Origin: Asterionella formosa
Lineage: Eukaryota
NCBI GenBank assembly: GCA_002256025.1
Contig: NKIB01014885.1
Coordinates: forward strand, 1 to 39,721
DNA length: 39,721 bases
Direction of reading: 5' to 3'
A program made the position numbers and the translations under genes. Position 1 is the stretch's first letter; each line of letters begins with the position of its first letter. This document shows, piece after piece, positions 1 to 11,350 of this stretch. The notes under the pieces were generated by a model. The model had not been told where the DNA came from. It was given only the letters and a program-made list of their open reading frames with translations, and made no database searches.

Positions 1-1201
1 TAACAAACACACCTTCCAATCTCCTTTTGAGCTTGTCAGGTTAGTTATCGGACTCCCCTCCTCCCTTGTCTCCTTGTTCATCGACCTTGTCAATCTCCCT
101 CGTCCCCTCCTTCACTGCACGATCAAGCTCAACAAGCTTGCTTGTCAATGTGAAACCATTGGTCATCTAGGCATGGATCTGCAATGTTCAACACAAAATA
201 GTTCATAGATAAACCAAATCACTATGTCCTCCTGCACTGCTTGATGTGTTGATGGTAAGCAATGCTGCTCATGGCAGAGATAGTACATACCATATTTCTA
301 TTTCAAATGGTGGCTTGGGAGGTTGTCCTGTTGCTGAGTAGAGCCACAGAATATTACCAACCTGGTCAATGTGATTTTAACAAGCCAAATGAGGCACAAA
401 ATATTATATACAATAGGGTCAGCAGGAGGGGTTTTGCTAATTCTAGGATTATGGGGTCTACCTGGTGGCTGACACCAGAAATTGCATCCTGTGATACGCG
501 AGGATTGACAATGTTTTGGATGGCGTGTTTTCCTTAGTAATAGGGAAATTGACTATGAGAAAATCATAGGACTCCAAATGAACCCAGAGAAATTTTAAGG
601 ATTGACGCAATCATTGTTTTCGCCCAGCACAGGGAGTATACTACCAGTACCCACCTACGATAGTTTTGTGGTGGTAAGCCTGGACACTTCAGCCATTACA
701 TTCTTCCCAACGGACAAGTGATTTACTGGGAGCTAGTTGACGTCACCACGGCTGCTTGACGATATGATGAAGTGCTGAGCAGGAGCACGTTCGAGAAAGA
801 GTTGCGTCATCATCCCCGACCCGGGATTGAGGTGCGAATCGTCGCAGGGGGGGCGAGCGAGCAGATGCTTACTGGTAGTACAATTTGGTATAATGTGCGT
901 AGAATATTTTTTATATCTTCCAGGCAGAAGTGAAGAATTTGGTACGTTGCATTTGCTTCGATTCTCTGTTTGTATTTTACCGATTCCCTTTAGCCCTCGG
1001 GGAGCAATGAAATTACACAAGCACGTGCAGGTCGACGGAATGCCAAAAAGAGGTTGTATTGGTTGATGGAGAACTGCAATTCTGGTTCCAGTGATGGACT
1101 GCCAAAAGACAGTCCATCAACCATCATTTTTCGCCCATGCACCATCACAAGCGGTCTCATATTATTGCAAGGAGCCATCACAATCAAACAAAGTACTAAC
1201 G

Positions 1202-2654
1202 ATGATGCGATTCGCTCCTGTTCACGCCGCCAGGGCCCTTGCGTTTGCAAGAAGTGCGCCTACGTTTCGTTATGCTACGGGTCAAACATGCTTGCGCATG
1301 ATGAGCACAGCTGTGCCTACCATCAAGGTAAGTTGGAATCAATTGCAGAGATTCGCATCTTTTAGCGAGCCTGGAAACAAGCATCACCTACGATCAAATC
1401 TTTCGTAAAATCATTGGTTCAGTGTATTGTTTCTGACTTGGCAAGGGGACTGGAGTTTGATGATGACCACAGAAAGTTTCATTTTTCTTCACCTCGATTG
1501 TTGGCGTTTCTAACGGATATATATCTTCGCTTTACCAGCCAACGAACCCTCAGTTTTCCTCCGGACCTTGCAAAAAGCGTCCTGGTTACGACATCAGCAC
1601 CCTTTTTAATGGTACACTTGGTCGTTCTCACCGATCCAAGATTGGAATGAAACGTCTCGGCTTGGCCATATCTGAAACCAAGGCTATTCTCGGTGTTCCA
1701 GACGACTACCTGATCGGTATCGTCCCAGCGTCTGACACTGGTGCTTACGAAATGGCCATGTGGAACATGTTGGGTGCTCGCAACGTCGATATCTGCCATT
1801 GGGAGTCCTTCGGAAAGGGTTGGTTCGGAGACGCTGTCTCGCATTTAAAGCTTCGTGACATTGTTGAAGTCACTGAGTTTACTTCAGGATATGGTGAACT
1901 TCCCGACCTTTCCAAGACAAATCCGGATCACGATATCTGCTTTACTTTCAACGGTACGACTTCGGGCGTGCGTGTACCAGATGGTGCTGAATTTATCTCG
2001 GACAGCCGAACTGGCCTGACTTTTTGCGATGCCACATCTGCTTGTTTTGCCATGAGGATGCCGTGGTCCAAGCTTGATGTCACTACATATTCCTGGCAGA
2101 AGGTATTGGGCGGTGAGGGTGCTCACGGTGTTTTGATCCTGAGTCCCCGTGCTGTCGAGAGATTAGAGTCGTATGTTCCCAAGGAACGTCCACTTCCCAA
2201 AATCTTTCGTATGGTAACCAAGGGCAAACTCGACGTAGGCATATTTAAGGGACAGACTATCAACACACCTTCCATGCTAGCTGTTGAAGATTACATCGAT
2301 GCCCTTCAGTGGGCCAAAGATATCGGAGGCCTTGAATCGCTCATCAAGCTGAGCGAGGATAACCTCGGAGTTCTAGAGAAGTTTGTCGCTGAGAACGATT
2401 GGATTCAGTTTTTGGCCAAGGATCCCAAAACAAGATCCTCCACTTCTGTTTGCCTAACTCTGGACTTGACAGCGGACCAAATCAAGAAGTTTGTCTCCCT
2501 ACTGGACGAACAGGATGTTGCTTACGATATTGGTGGCTATCGTGATGCACCCCCTTCAATTCGAATCTGGTGTGGATCTACTGTTGAGAAGGCTGATTTG
2601 GAGGCACTCATGCCATGGCTGAAGTGGGCCTTCGAAGAAGCCAAATCCTCATAA
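1202..2654 (+). CDS. serC: Phosphoserine aminotransferase, alphaproteobacterial/Methanosarcina (SerC type 2) class; exons 1202-1327 and 1539-2654, about 413 aa; probable mitochondrial presequence
   Basis: Donor AAG|GTAAGT at 1327/1328, branch CTAAC near 1510, acceptor TTTACCAG| at 1538. Exon 2 is in frame with ORF 1647-2654 and adds PTNPQFSSGPCKKRPG...LGRSHRSK. Family motifs: GIVPASDTGAYEMAMW, NGTTSGVRVP, DATSA, PLP-lysine motif SWQKVLGGEGAHG, YRDAPPSIRIWCG. Confidence 0.93.
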
Positions 2655-3278
2655 ACAAGCGATTTCACTGCTGAGTTTAGCCCTTGACATTACGAACCCC
2701 ATAATCAGCGCACTCTTTTCATGTTTCCTCAGTTGCATTATCTTCGAAGAAATTCCCATAAAGTACGATATTGATATTTAGATGAGTCACAATGTTGTTC
2801 AAACGGCAGATCTGGTGCATCAATTATGTAGGACTTTTAAGGTTTGTTTGTTTTATTTGCTGCATTGCTCAAGTCGGGATAGCGCCCTTTCCATTTGTTC
2901 CCAAAGAAGTAGGACCATTACATTAATGGTGATGAATGAAAGCAGATGTCGCCCGAAACAGCAGAGCGAAGATAACACCATAGGTCCATTCCGACGATTC
3001 AACCATGTCAATAAGATAATTTCAATTACTCCACACAAAGCAGCTAACACAAACGCTTGCGTTACAATGAAAAGTTCACCAAACTGTAGAACAATTCAAG
3101 GACAAATAACTAGAGTAAAGTATGTTTAAATGAATAGTCGTGCATTCGACGAAATGATTATTTGAGTAATAATGCCAGGTACACGGGGCTATGTGGATGG
3201 ACGATTGCGGTTTTAACAAGCAACGAGATGGTATGTGGAATGATTTTCAACATAATTAAATATTTTTCATGTCTTCCA

Positions 3279-3920
3279 TTAAACGAGAATCGCTTCCTTG
3301 GTAGCCATTCTCGACGATGCAGTCTTGGATCGGGATCTCGTCGAAGTTCTACTGCGGCTTCGATTTCGTTTGGAATTACTGCGAGATCTAGAGGACTTCG
3401 GACTCTCATTGTCATCGTCCATCAACTCATAGTTTGAGGAGGCCCTGTTACGGGATTTTGATCTGGAGCGCGAGCGACCTGGATTGCTCTTGGATCGTGA
3501 GCGGCGGCTACCTCCACCATCAGAACGATCAGATCTCGAGCGATCTTTAGATTCACGTTTGACTTCACCAACACTTGCGGCTCTGCTGCGCTGAAATGAT
3601 CGGACAATTAGAACAAAGAGGACGATTCCACTCAACAGAACAAATACTTTCAAGGTGGTAGCGAGCGCGGTGGATCCGCCGCCTCCGTTCCTCTTTCCTC
3701 TCCTGATTCTGTCGTCGTCGCCTACTTGATAGTATTTGTCATACACACCGCTATTGTAGTCTGACATGGATTTATCATCGTCAAACCATCCAGCACGATG
3801 CCGCCAGTAGCTGACACTTTCATCAAGACGCCTGGGTGCTCTCAAATTCCCAGATTTCCCATCGAGAAAAAGTGTCATTTCCTCTGGTTCATTGCCAAGC
3901 AATGGTACTTTTGCCGGCAT
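3279..3920 (-). CDS. Hypothetical single-pass membrane protein with Arg/Ser-rich C-terminal tail (about 213 aa)
   Basis: Long open frame whose first in-frame ATG is at 3920 (the track start at 3995 is TTG). One hydrophobic segment VFVLLSGIVLFVLIV is followed by RSRSRSKS repeats. Confidence 0.7.
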   Translation of the reverse strand: MPAKVPLLGNEPEEMTLFLDGKSGNLRAPRRLDESVSYWRHRAGWFDDDKSMSDYNSGVYDKYYQVGDDDRIRRGKRNGGGGSTALATTLKVFVLLSGIVLFVLIVRSFQRSRAASVGEVKRESKDRSRSDRSDGGGSRRSRSKSNPGRSRSRSKSRNRASSNYELMDDDNESPKSSRSRSNSKRNRSRSRTSTRSRSKTASSRMATKEAILV

Positions 3921-4380
3921 CGATCTGCTTCTTTGCCGAGTAGTTGTTCGATTCTTCTTGCACGATGGGTTATCACTACAGATGGCCAGAGTCAAAGCCG
4001 ATGATCATTTGCCCTACTCAAAATAACAGAGAAACGAGACGTTGCAAGCAAACCTTCAGTAAACGCCAATGCGCTTGCAAAATGTGTCGTTTGCGGGCAA
4101 TACGAATAAAAAATGTGAGATTTTCTGTCTTAAGTAAATAGAGCGAGGTGTGCGAACAAGGCCAACATTCAAAAGAATTTTTATAACCAATGCTGAATAT
4201 TAAAGAATCATTTGGGAGGTATACTGAAATTGCAGATCAAGCGTCGCCGGCTCGATCATTCCTTTAATCTACAATACTACAAACGGATGCAGTTAAATCA
4301 CAACGTTAACTTTGTAGATGTCCGTAGATTGAGGTAACCCATCAGACGAAGCACATAGTGGGAACATGCATGAATAATTA

Positions 4381-4471
4381 GGTACCAGGTACCTGGTGTA
4401 GAGCACTAACTTTAATACCAGGTACCTGGTACTGCTGCGCTGGTACCAGGTAGAGACCATGGAGTACCAGG
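4381..4471. repeat. TA-CCWGG-TA motif array between the divergent genes at 3920(-) and 4991(+)
   Basis: ggtaccaggtacctgg...taccaggtacctggtac...tggtaccaggta...gtaccagg; further single motifs at about 4666, 4840, 4894 and 4932. Confidence 0.9.
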
Positions 4472-4990
4472 AAACCAACCCGTAACAAGTATGAACAATG
4501 TAACATACCGTTATGAACATTGAACAGATGAACACATGCACACATACATCAATAAATGCAAACATGATTTATTTAATAAGTTGGAAACGGACCATGGGTG
4601 TAGAGCGAGGAAGGTAGTACATACGGCCCCTTGTCCAACTTGGTACCTACTGGCTACAGGCTATATACCGGTATTTCATTCTACATTGGGGCGGGTAGAA
4701 TCAATCCACCACGTGTCAGGAGCGATTGAATCCAGCAGCCAGGCAGCAGTTATTTGTTTGTGCCTCGGTTAAGCCAGAGTGGGCGGAGGGAGTGGGAGGA
4801 CGAAGTATTTTGTGAGCTACTTGTACTCACTGGATCGGAGTACCGGTGCATATGTATGGTTTCTCCTCGTTCTTCTTTCGTCATTCAAACTTACTACCAG
4901 GTACTGTATAAACATTAAATATGACACCACATACCGGGTAGACACATTCAGAAAACTTTAGAGATTACAAAACCTACATGAATCACAAAA

Positions 4991-6256
4991 ATGACATTGC
5001 AACAAACGCTGCTCCTCGCCTTGCTGACCTCACAGGTCCTTGCCTTCCATCTGGCGCCAGCCTGTCAACGACGCACCAGACTCAACTCATCTACCGGCAA
5101 TGGCCCTCCACCTCCTCCCGACAAGAACTCTGGCGAATGGGATGACTTTTTGAATCCCCAAAACCAAGAATCTGAGAATTTGCGACGAGCTCGTGAATAC
5201 ATGAGTGACGAGAGTCTCCCGATTTCATTTGAACGATCAAATCAGGCGGAAGCCACGCCTTTGTCGCCTGAAAGCAAAACAGAGGTGCCAGCAACATCTG
5301 ATTTAGTTATCGGATCTACTGCTGCTGCTGCTGAATCTCTTCTCGAAGAGCCTTCTGCTGAGATGCTGGCAAACAATCCGTACATGATGGTTGTCGCCAA
5401 CTTGGCGCCATCCGACATTATTTCTAAATTCACAAAAACAGCTCACCCTCGTGTTCAAAATGCTGTTCGAGCCACTATTCTTGGCTTGATCGGAAACTTG
5501 CCCAAAATGGCATTCGAAACCAAAACAGTCACAACTGGGCAGCGTCTAGCATCGCTCATGTTTCAACTACAAATGACGGGCTACATGTTTAAAAATGCGG
5601 AGTATCGATTGAGTCTCTCGCAGAGCCTAGGCATGAATTCGAATCCTGCGCTAGGGCAGTCGTCGAGTTTTCGCTTGACCGGATCGGAGGGTGACGATGG
5701 CGACGAGGGTTATGTAGCTATCGATGGGAAGGTACGCGGTAAAATAAAGATTCGCTATGGAGGATATGATGCTAGCGATTCCAGTGGCGAAGTGGATGCA
5801 AATACTGAAACAGAAGGCGCCGGGTTGGAAATGGAGGTCGACGCCGCTGCATTCACATCCGAGCTTCGGTCTGAGGTGGTAAAATTGAGGGAAGAATTGA
5901 CTATGAAACGAAACGAAAAGGATGAAGCCTTGAGAAAAGATCTTTTGCTCTACATTCGCACTCTGCCGGATCAAGAGATGCGCTCTCTTACCAGCACAGT
6001 GACTCAAGATGTATTGGTCGCAATGAAGGGGCTTGTCAATGTCGTCATGTCGGGGATAGGCGAAGGTAGCATTGGACCGGAGACAGTTACAGAACAGAGT
6101 GGCGAAGCCATGGCGCAACTTTGTATGTGGCAGCTTGTAGTAGGGTACAACTTGAGAGAATTGGAAGTACGGGAACAGATGAAGAATTCTCTCATGAAAT
6201 CATTCGGAGATAGCGATGAAGGAGTGGACTTTTCTGAGGTAGGCATTCTCGAATAG
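4991..6256 (+). CDS. DUF760-family protein with two DUF760-like domains, predicted plastid-targeted
   Basis: Intronless 421-aa ORF. Signal peptide ends VLA-FHL (ASAFAP-like). Motifs ILGLIGNLP...LASLMFQLQMTGYMFKNAEYRLSL and LLLYIRTL...LAQLCMWQLVVGYNLRELE-like second domain resemble DUF760. Confidence 0.8.
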   Translation: MTLQQTLLLALLTSQVLAFHLAPACQRRTRLNSSTGNGPPPPPDKNSGEWDDFLNPQNQESENLRRAREYMSDESLPISFERSNQAEATPLSPESKTEVPATSDLVIGSTAAAAESLLEEPSAEMLANNPYMMVVANLAPSDIISKFTKTAHPRVQNAVRATILGLIGNLPKMAFETKTVTTGQRLASLMFQLQMTGYMFKNAEYRLSLSQSLGMNSNPALGQSSSFRLTGSEGDDGDEGYVAIDGKVRGKIKIRYGGYDASDSSGEVDANTETEGAGLEMEVDAAAFTSELRSEVVKLREELTMKRNEKDEALRKDLLLYIRTLPDQEMRSLTSTVTQDVLVAMKGLVNVVMSGIGEGSIGPETVTEQSGEAMAQLCMWQLVVGYNLRELEVREQMKNSLMKSFGDSDEGVDFSEVGILE

Positions 6257-7043
6257 GTACACTTGCAATATTTAAAAAAAGTATAGATTTGCAAAGTGTC
6301 ATGGCGAAAGCAATGAATCATACAGGTGGATCGATTGTTCATCACCTATAAAACAAAAGTGGAACATGGAAACGAATTCTGCTCATGAACCTAATAATCG
6401 TAGAACCTACAAAACAATATATTTCTAGCATAGAATAAGATGCAAATGCATGTACACTCTGGGAAATAGTATTGAAGGAATGAAGAAATCAAGTTGAGCC
6501 ACCAGTCTGCCTTTCCTGTTTACTAGCAATCATGATGGAAATTCAATTGATTATATAAGCATTTTGAGCTTAAAACGATTTTTGTTTAAATTTTCTGTTT
6601 TGTATAGCAAGATGGAGAAAATGTTGTTGAAGCTGTTTTGCTCATAATGATGACTGATCAAAAGTTGCCTTGGTTGTGAACCCTCAACGTGGATAATATG
6701 GGCTACCACAGGTACCCTGTGCATGAATCAACCAAAAAGGAATATGATATATTACAGGCAATACATTGTTGTTTACGTCACCTTATGTTTACTGGTATGT
6801 AGTGTCATTAGCTACAGTATGCATATGTAGGTGGTGGTTGTGATGGCAGCTGGATTGAAATGATGATGTCACACAAAAAGCAAAATTTCTACTTCAAGCA
6901 AACCAACTTTCTTCAGAAAATGGCAGAATAAGTAAAACAGATTTGCTTGACTCAATATTTTAGGCTAAATTAGATTTAAGCTAAATATAATTGGAAACAA
7001 CAAGCCGGCTGGGTTGGTTTATTAAATGGAAATCAAAAAGATC

Positions 7044-7322
7044 CTCTCTCTGTTCCAGTATAGTTGCAACACCACTCTAACGACTAACCTGGCTTGATCC
7101 ACATCCTTCAAAGAAGCCCTCTGTAAAGGCAATATGCATATTCTACACAAGACGATGCAGGCTATGGATACATCGGCTCTTAGATTTGTGTATTTAGGCG
7201 AGTACAACACTAAATAGCGATACAGGTGGATGGTTTTGGGCTCTTGATTTGAGAAAATCATAAGAGTCAAAATGGGCCCGGAAATTTTGAATTATCGATG
7301 CAACTATTTTTTTCAGAGGGAG
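7044..7322. mobile_element. Stowaway-like (mariner-type) MITE, about 280 bp
   Basis: Left end ctctctctgttccagtatagttgca is inverted relative to right end tgcaactatttttttcagagggag, which is followed by TA. The left about 175 bp is homologous to 26133-26310. Confidence 0.75.
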
Positions 7323-7469
7323 TAACAGTTAAATACTTCATTGAGCTTCTATTTAACTAGTACACTCGATCAATTTGTATGACTAAACACTGACATATTC
7401 ATTTCAATCATCACAGATGTTTCAGATCTTCATGAGAGCTAGGGGACTATGATTGGACAAATTATTCAA

Positions 7470-7986
7470 CCAGATTCCATCGACAATTTAAGCTAGGATT
7501 GATTTTTAATGATGAATTTATCCATTATAGAGGTTCAAAGCGATGTATAAAAATATCGTAGAATTTATTTAGACTTAATAGGGAAAATGGATTGCAACAT
7601 TTCAGAATGAGTATTTGCCATCAATTACCGATACTACATACACTTGGAATTATTTTTACTATGGGGATAAATAAGTTTATGTGCAATCTTAATTAATCTA
7701 GTACGATAATAAGACTTACCTAAATCATGTAGTATGCGTACATATACCACCGGCATACTCAGAGGAAGTGGTAAACAGCTATTTTGTTCAACTAAGGTTG
7801 ATCGACACTTTCCCGTATATATACATATATGTATATCATACAACTGAATTTTCAGTGTAGCTCCTTCGCACAACCTAGAGAAGCTCAAGCTACAGAACGA
7901 TCGCTCTAGATTTGTAAACAATTTGAAATTCGTGACAAAACATGCATGTCATTCGATGTATAAAGGTTCAAAGCAGTTTTAACTGG
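7470..7986 (+). mobile_element. Right-end fragment of non-autonomous DNA transposon family A (second copy at about 21850-22389)
   Basis: Shares atttatccattatagaggttcaaagcg, tactacatacacttgg, ttcagtgtagct and gaaattcgtgacaaaac with 21.9-22.3 kb; ends caaagcagttttaactgg. Left boundary approximate. Confidence 0.7.
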
Positions 7987-9654
7987 TTCTTGGTACTCTC
8001 TTTAGGTGAATAAAGGTGCATCGAATGTCAGAACACTTAGTGTCAGGCAGCTTATTTTAGGACCGATTACGTGGACAACATGCCTACTTTATACGTTAGG
8101 GTCATCTTACTCGAAAAAATGCCGTGAGTATAAACTTGCAAATGCTAAAGAATAATATTCATTCCCTACACGTTCTACAGTTGTTACATTTACATTGACC
8201 ACACAACAGCCGTATATATAACGGTTCCGATGATCAAAACAAGCATAACATTGTTTTCGTCCAATGCATCCTCATCGCTACTTTCGCGGTTGCGCATTCC
8301 ACAATCAAATTCAAGTTGCCGTTGTTCTACCATACTGTATATCCTACTTTGTATGTACTTATTCAATGAAACAACATTCAACTTCCTGGGTTACTTGGCT
8401 GTCCTCTAATAATTATACTACTTTTGTACCCCACCTGCGGCCATTCCCATGGCGCTGCTGCTGCTGCTTCCATCACCCTGACCATGGAGCTTTCAGCCAA
8501 TGCTGCTCCTCCTGATATTTCTATGGCTGACTCTGTCTCTTTCACTGATGAATGCAAATCCTCTCGCAAATCCTGCAAATCGACATTTGAAACTCAGGTC
8601 GAAACTGGGAAGCCCTACTTGGGTGCATAATTCCACTGTAATTCAATCTTTTTTACCCTGTCTTGCCCAACTGACCCTCTGACCACCGCTCTTGACCCCC
8701 TTCATAGATCCAAACTTGACGCTTCATTTCACAGCAACAAAAAGCGCTCATCTCATCCCTCTACTCCAAATGACACCTTCACTAACTCCCTTGACACTAC
8801 TGCTAGATCACTGTTATAACTTGGCGTGAACTTGCCACCCCAATGCAACCACAATAGCACTCCTCTCAGCCCCCAACAGCATTCCACCAGGTGTGATCTT
8901 ATCTTAGTAGTACTCTTCCGCCGCAATTGCCTGCCAGGATTTTACAATTCAAATTCACCAAAATGGCAATACAGTTTTCCATATACTTTCTGAGTCTCTC
9001 AAGAGCCTTCTCTTGCTCTCACCTAATGTCTTCATCAGGCTACCACTTTTATTGATTCTTCAAATTCTGGACTCTCAATTTAAAGGTTTCTCCCAAAATG
9101 GCCATGCAGTTTCCATATTTTCTTTCTACTACTTGATTCGCCTTCCTCCCTGCCCTGAGTTCCTACCTATACTGGCTGGTCTACACACACTCTAAGAGCC
9201 TGATATAGGCTCCTTGCCCTTGTTTGCCATCTCTATGGTTGTTTCCTAGTCTGCAATCCCTAAGAGTCTCTGAACAGACTTGCCCTCACTTGTCATTTCT
9301 TTGGGGTCCATTTGTGCCCTAGTTTGACTCCACGAACTCTATTAGATTCAAGTTTCGCTCAATAAAATTGTACTATGAACTTTTATTATTCCACTGTCCT
9401 CCTTCTTATGTATGTTGAGAATAGGTGGTGGTTTGAAGAAAAATGGGTCCTCATGCATCTGCATTTTGCTTGAGATGGCCTTAAGTGAAAATCGAAAAAG
9501 GCCAACAAAGTTTTTTAAAACATCATAGTTGCCAACTCAAATTGATTACATACACATTATGCATTTATCTGTAGCTCGGAGAAAGGCGCAAATTAGGGCA
9601 ATTGAGCCAGAGAAATCATCGGTGTTGAAATGGCCTTGGACAAATGTTAAGAAT

Positions 9655-9683
9655 CAATACAACTATTTTGTCCAGAGGGAGTA
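9655..9683. mobile_element. Isolated Stowaway-like right terminus, abutting TA-CCTGG-TA
   Basis: tacaactattttgtccagagggag|ta|cctggta matches the terminus at 7300-7324. No matching left end recognised. Confidence 0.55.
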
Positions 9684-10148
9684 CCTGGTAACTGTCTTCA
9701 TATGTACTCATGTACTTTTTTACATAGCATGATGATGTTGAGCAAGCGTTGAGGCAACAAAGAAGACAATTATTATAAGTGACATGAACTCAACAGGACA
9801 TGGTGACTCTATAATGGATAAATACCGCATTATAAACGATCATATCTTCCATTGTCAATGGAATCTGGTTGAGTTGGTACTCGCCTAAATGTAAAGACCA
9901 ACGTAACCATAGTCTGCTGACACTAGTGGTGCTGGCGATTTGAGGCCATTCCCCAAGAGAGAGTAACGGTACTAGGTACATACTTCCTAACTGGCTGCTG
10001 CACCACTGCTCTGTGTTTGGCGCTTAATGATGTGATGCATTTAGCAAGCCTTCGCGTGGGTCGAGTAACTTTCTATTGGCAAGGTTGACACGTGGAAGTA
10101 AGTCAAAAAAAGCGAGTAAACAGCCGACAACCAAAAAATTCTACGATC

Positions 10149-10176
10149 GGTACCTGGTACCAGGTACCAGGGTACC
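10149..10176. repeat. TA-CCWGG-TA array about 190 bp upstream of the gene at 10364
   Basis: ggtacctggtaccaggtaccagggtacc. Confidence 0.9.
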
Positions 10177-10363
10177 GACAATTGAGCGAAACAATAAAGT
10201 CGAGTGTGTCAAAAATGCATGGGCTGCTTGCTGCTGATGACACCTGATCAAGGAGCATACCGGGATGTATGGAGTCTACCGGTGTTGGTATATGCGTTAC
10301 TGATATTGAATCGTCAAAACGCTTCCATCAACGTTAAGAATTCGACAAGGCAGATTTGTTATC

Positions 10364-10867
10364 ATGAGAACACGACTTCACATTCCGGAGATGGCACTGT
10401 GCGTTATTCTGTTCATATCTAGCAGCAATGCATTCGTAATGGGAGCAAGCCTTGCAAAACAATCAACAGAGTTCCAATATCCCACAGCAGTCCTGAGATT
10501 AGGCGGTAGAAGCTACTTCGACGACGATGAAGAAGAGATGGAGCGAGAGTTTGCCAAAGTGCGGAGGGGTGGGAGGAGAAGAAACGACGAATACGAAGAC
10601 GATTTTGAACCCGATTTGTACCGAAAGGTCGACGCTTACCTCTCAGATAAAGAAGCAAACGATGACAGGGAAGACGTCGGTAAAAAGGTCGGGATTATTC
10701 CCAACGCTTTATTGGACAGCATTGACCCTGAAGGCGCTGGCGAGCGTTTTCCTGAATTGATCAGAGATCCCAAGTTTTGGATTGATATTGGATTGTTCTT
10801 CCTTTTGTTGAACTTTCTGGACAATATTGCTGTCCTTGATGCATCTCCATTTGGTATGGCTTTCTGA
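10364..10867 (+). CDS. Hypothetical protein, probably plastid-targeted, with C-terminal TM helix (167 aa)
   Basis: Hydrophobic N-terminus ending SSNA-FVM (ASAFAP-like), acidic/basic middle region, C-terminal hydrophobic FWIDIGLFFLLLNFL. The start could instead be the second Met (MALC). Confidence 0.72.
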   Translation: MRTRLHIPEMALCVILFISSSNAFVMGASLAKQSTEFQYPTAVLRLGGRSYFDDDEEEMEREFAKVRRGGRRRNDEYEDDFEPDLYRKVDAYLSDKEANDDREDVGKKVGIIPNALLDSIDPEGAGERFPELIRDPKFWIDIGLFFLLLNFLDNIAVLDASPFGMAF

Positions 10868-11077
10868 CTGTAACCAAACATGAGTCAATGCTGATCCAGG
10901 ATAACGAATAAGGGCGACAATAAACAGAATACATGAGGGCCGTCGAATCAATTTCTCAATTGGGCGTGCTAGTCTCCAAGCCTGCACATAAAAGTGCAAT
11001 CACAATGTGAAAGCATGCTGTTATAAGCCTGAGCGTCTCAATCATTCTACATATGAGCAAAGGAAACAGACAGATCT

Positions 11078-11350
11078 ATGTTTTGCATATAATATTTTAG
11101 CCATTTCGATAAGGGCATGATTGTATAGAGAATGTAATTTTCTGTCCTATTTTAGCAAAATCAAGATTTAGCAGTTACTACTTAGCCAATACCCATGCGC
11201 TTCTCAATTATTCAATAGGGGAGCCAATGAAGCACACCAATATTTGTTTTGAATATAAAATTTTATCCATTTCTACAAGGGCATGATGCTACAAAAGGAA
11301 GCAATTTTCTGTAAGGTGTTTTTGCAAAATTAAGATTAAACAGTTACTGC
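11078..11350. repeat. Degenerate direct duplication (about 100-bp unit, offset about 168 bp) in the 3' flank of the TPR gene
   Basis: gttttgcatataatattttagccatttcgataagggcatgat...gcaaaatcaagatttagcagttact (11078-11180) vs gttttgaatataaaattttatccatttctacaagggcatgat...gcaaaattaagattaaacagttact (11244-11350). Confidence 0.75.

Noticed and set aside
1..636. Possible coding fragment on the minus strand and ORF 262-537
   Set aside because: Interrupted by stops with no recognisable motif; probably decayed transposon sequence ending near the cacagggag|ta terminus.
4293..4565. ORFs rich in WYQ/YLVP/VPGT (also 13537-13890, 21597-21941, 34580-34864)
   Set aside because: These are translations of the TACCWGG arrays, not proteins.
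8380..9340. Pyrimidine-rich, coding-like stretch
   Set aside because: Only short broken ORFs and no motif I can name; may be an old retroelement or pseudogene but unsupported.
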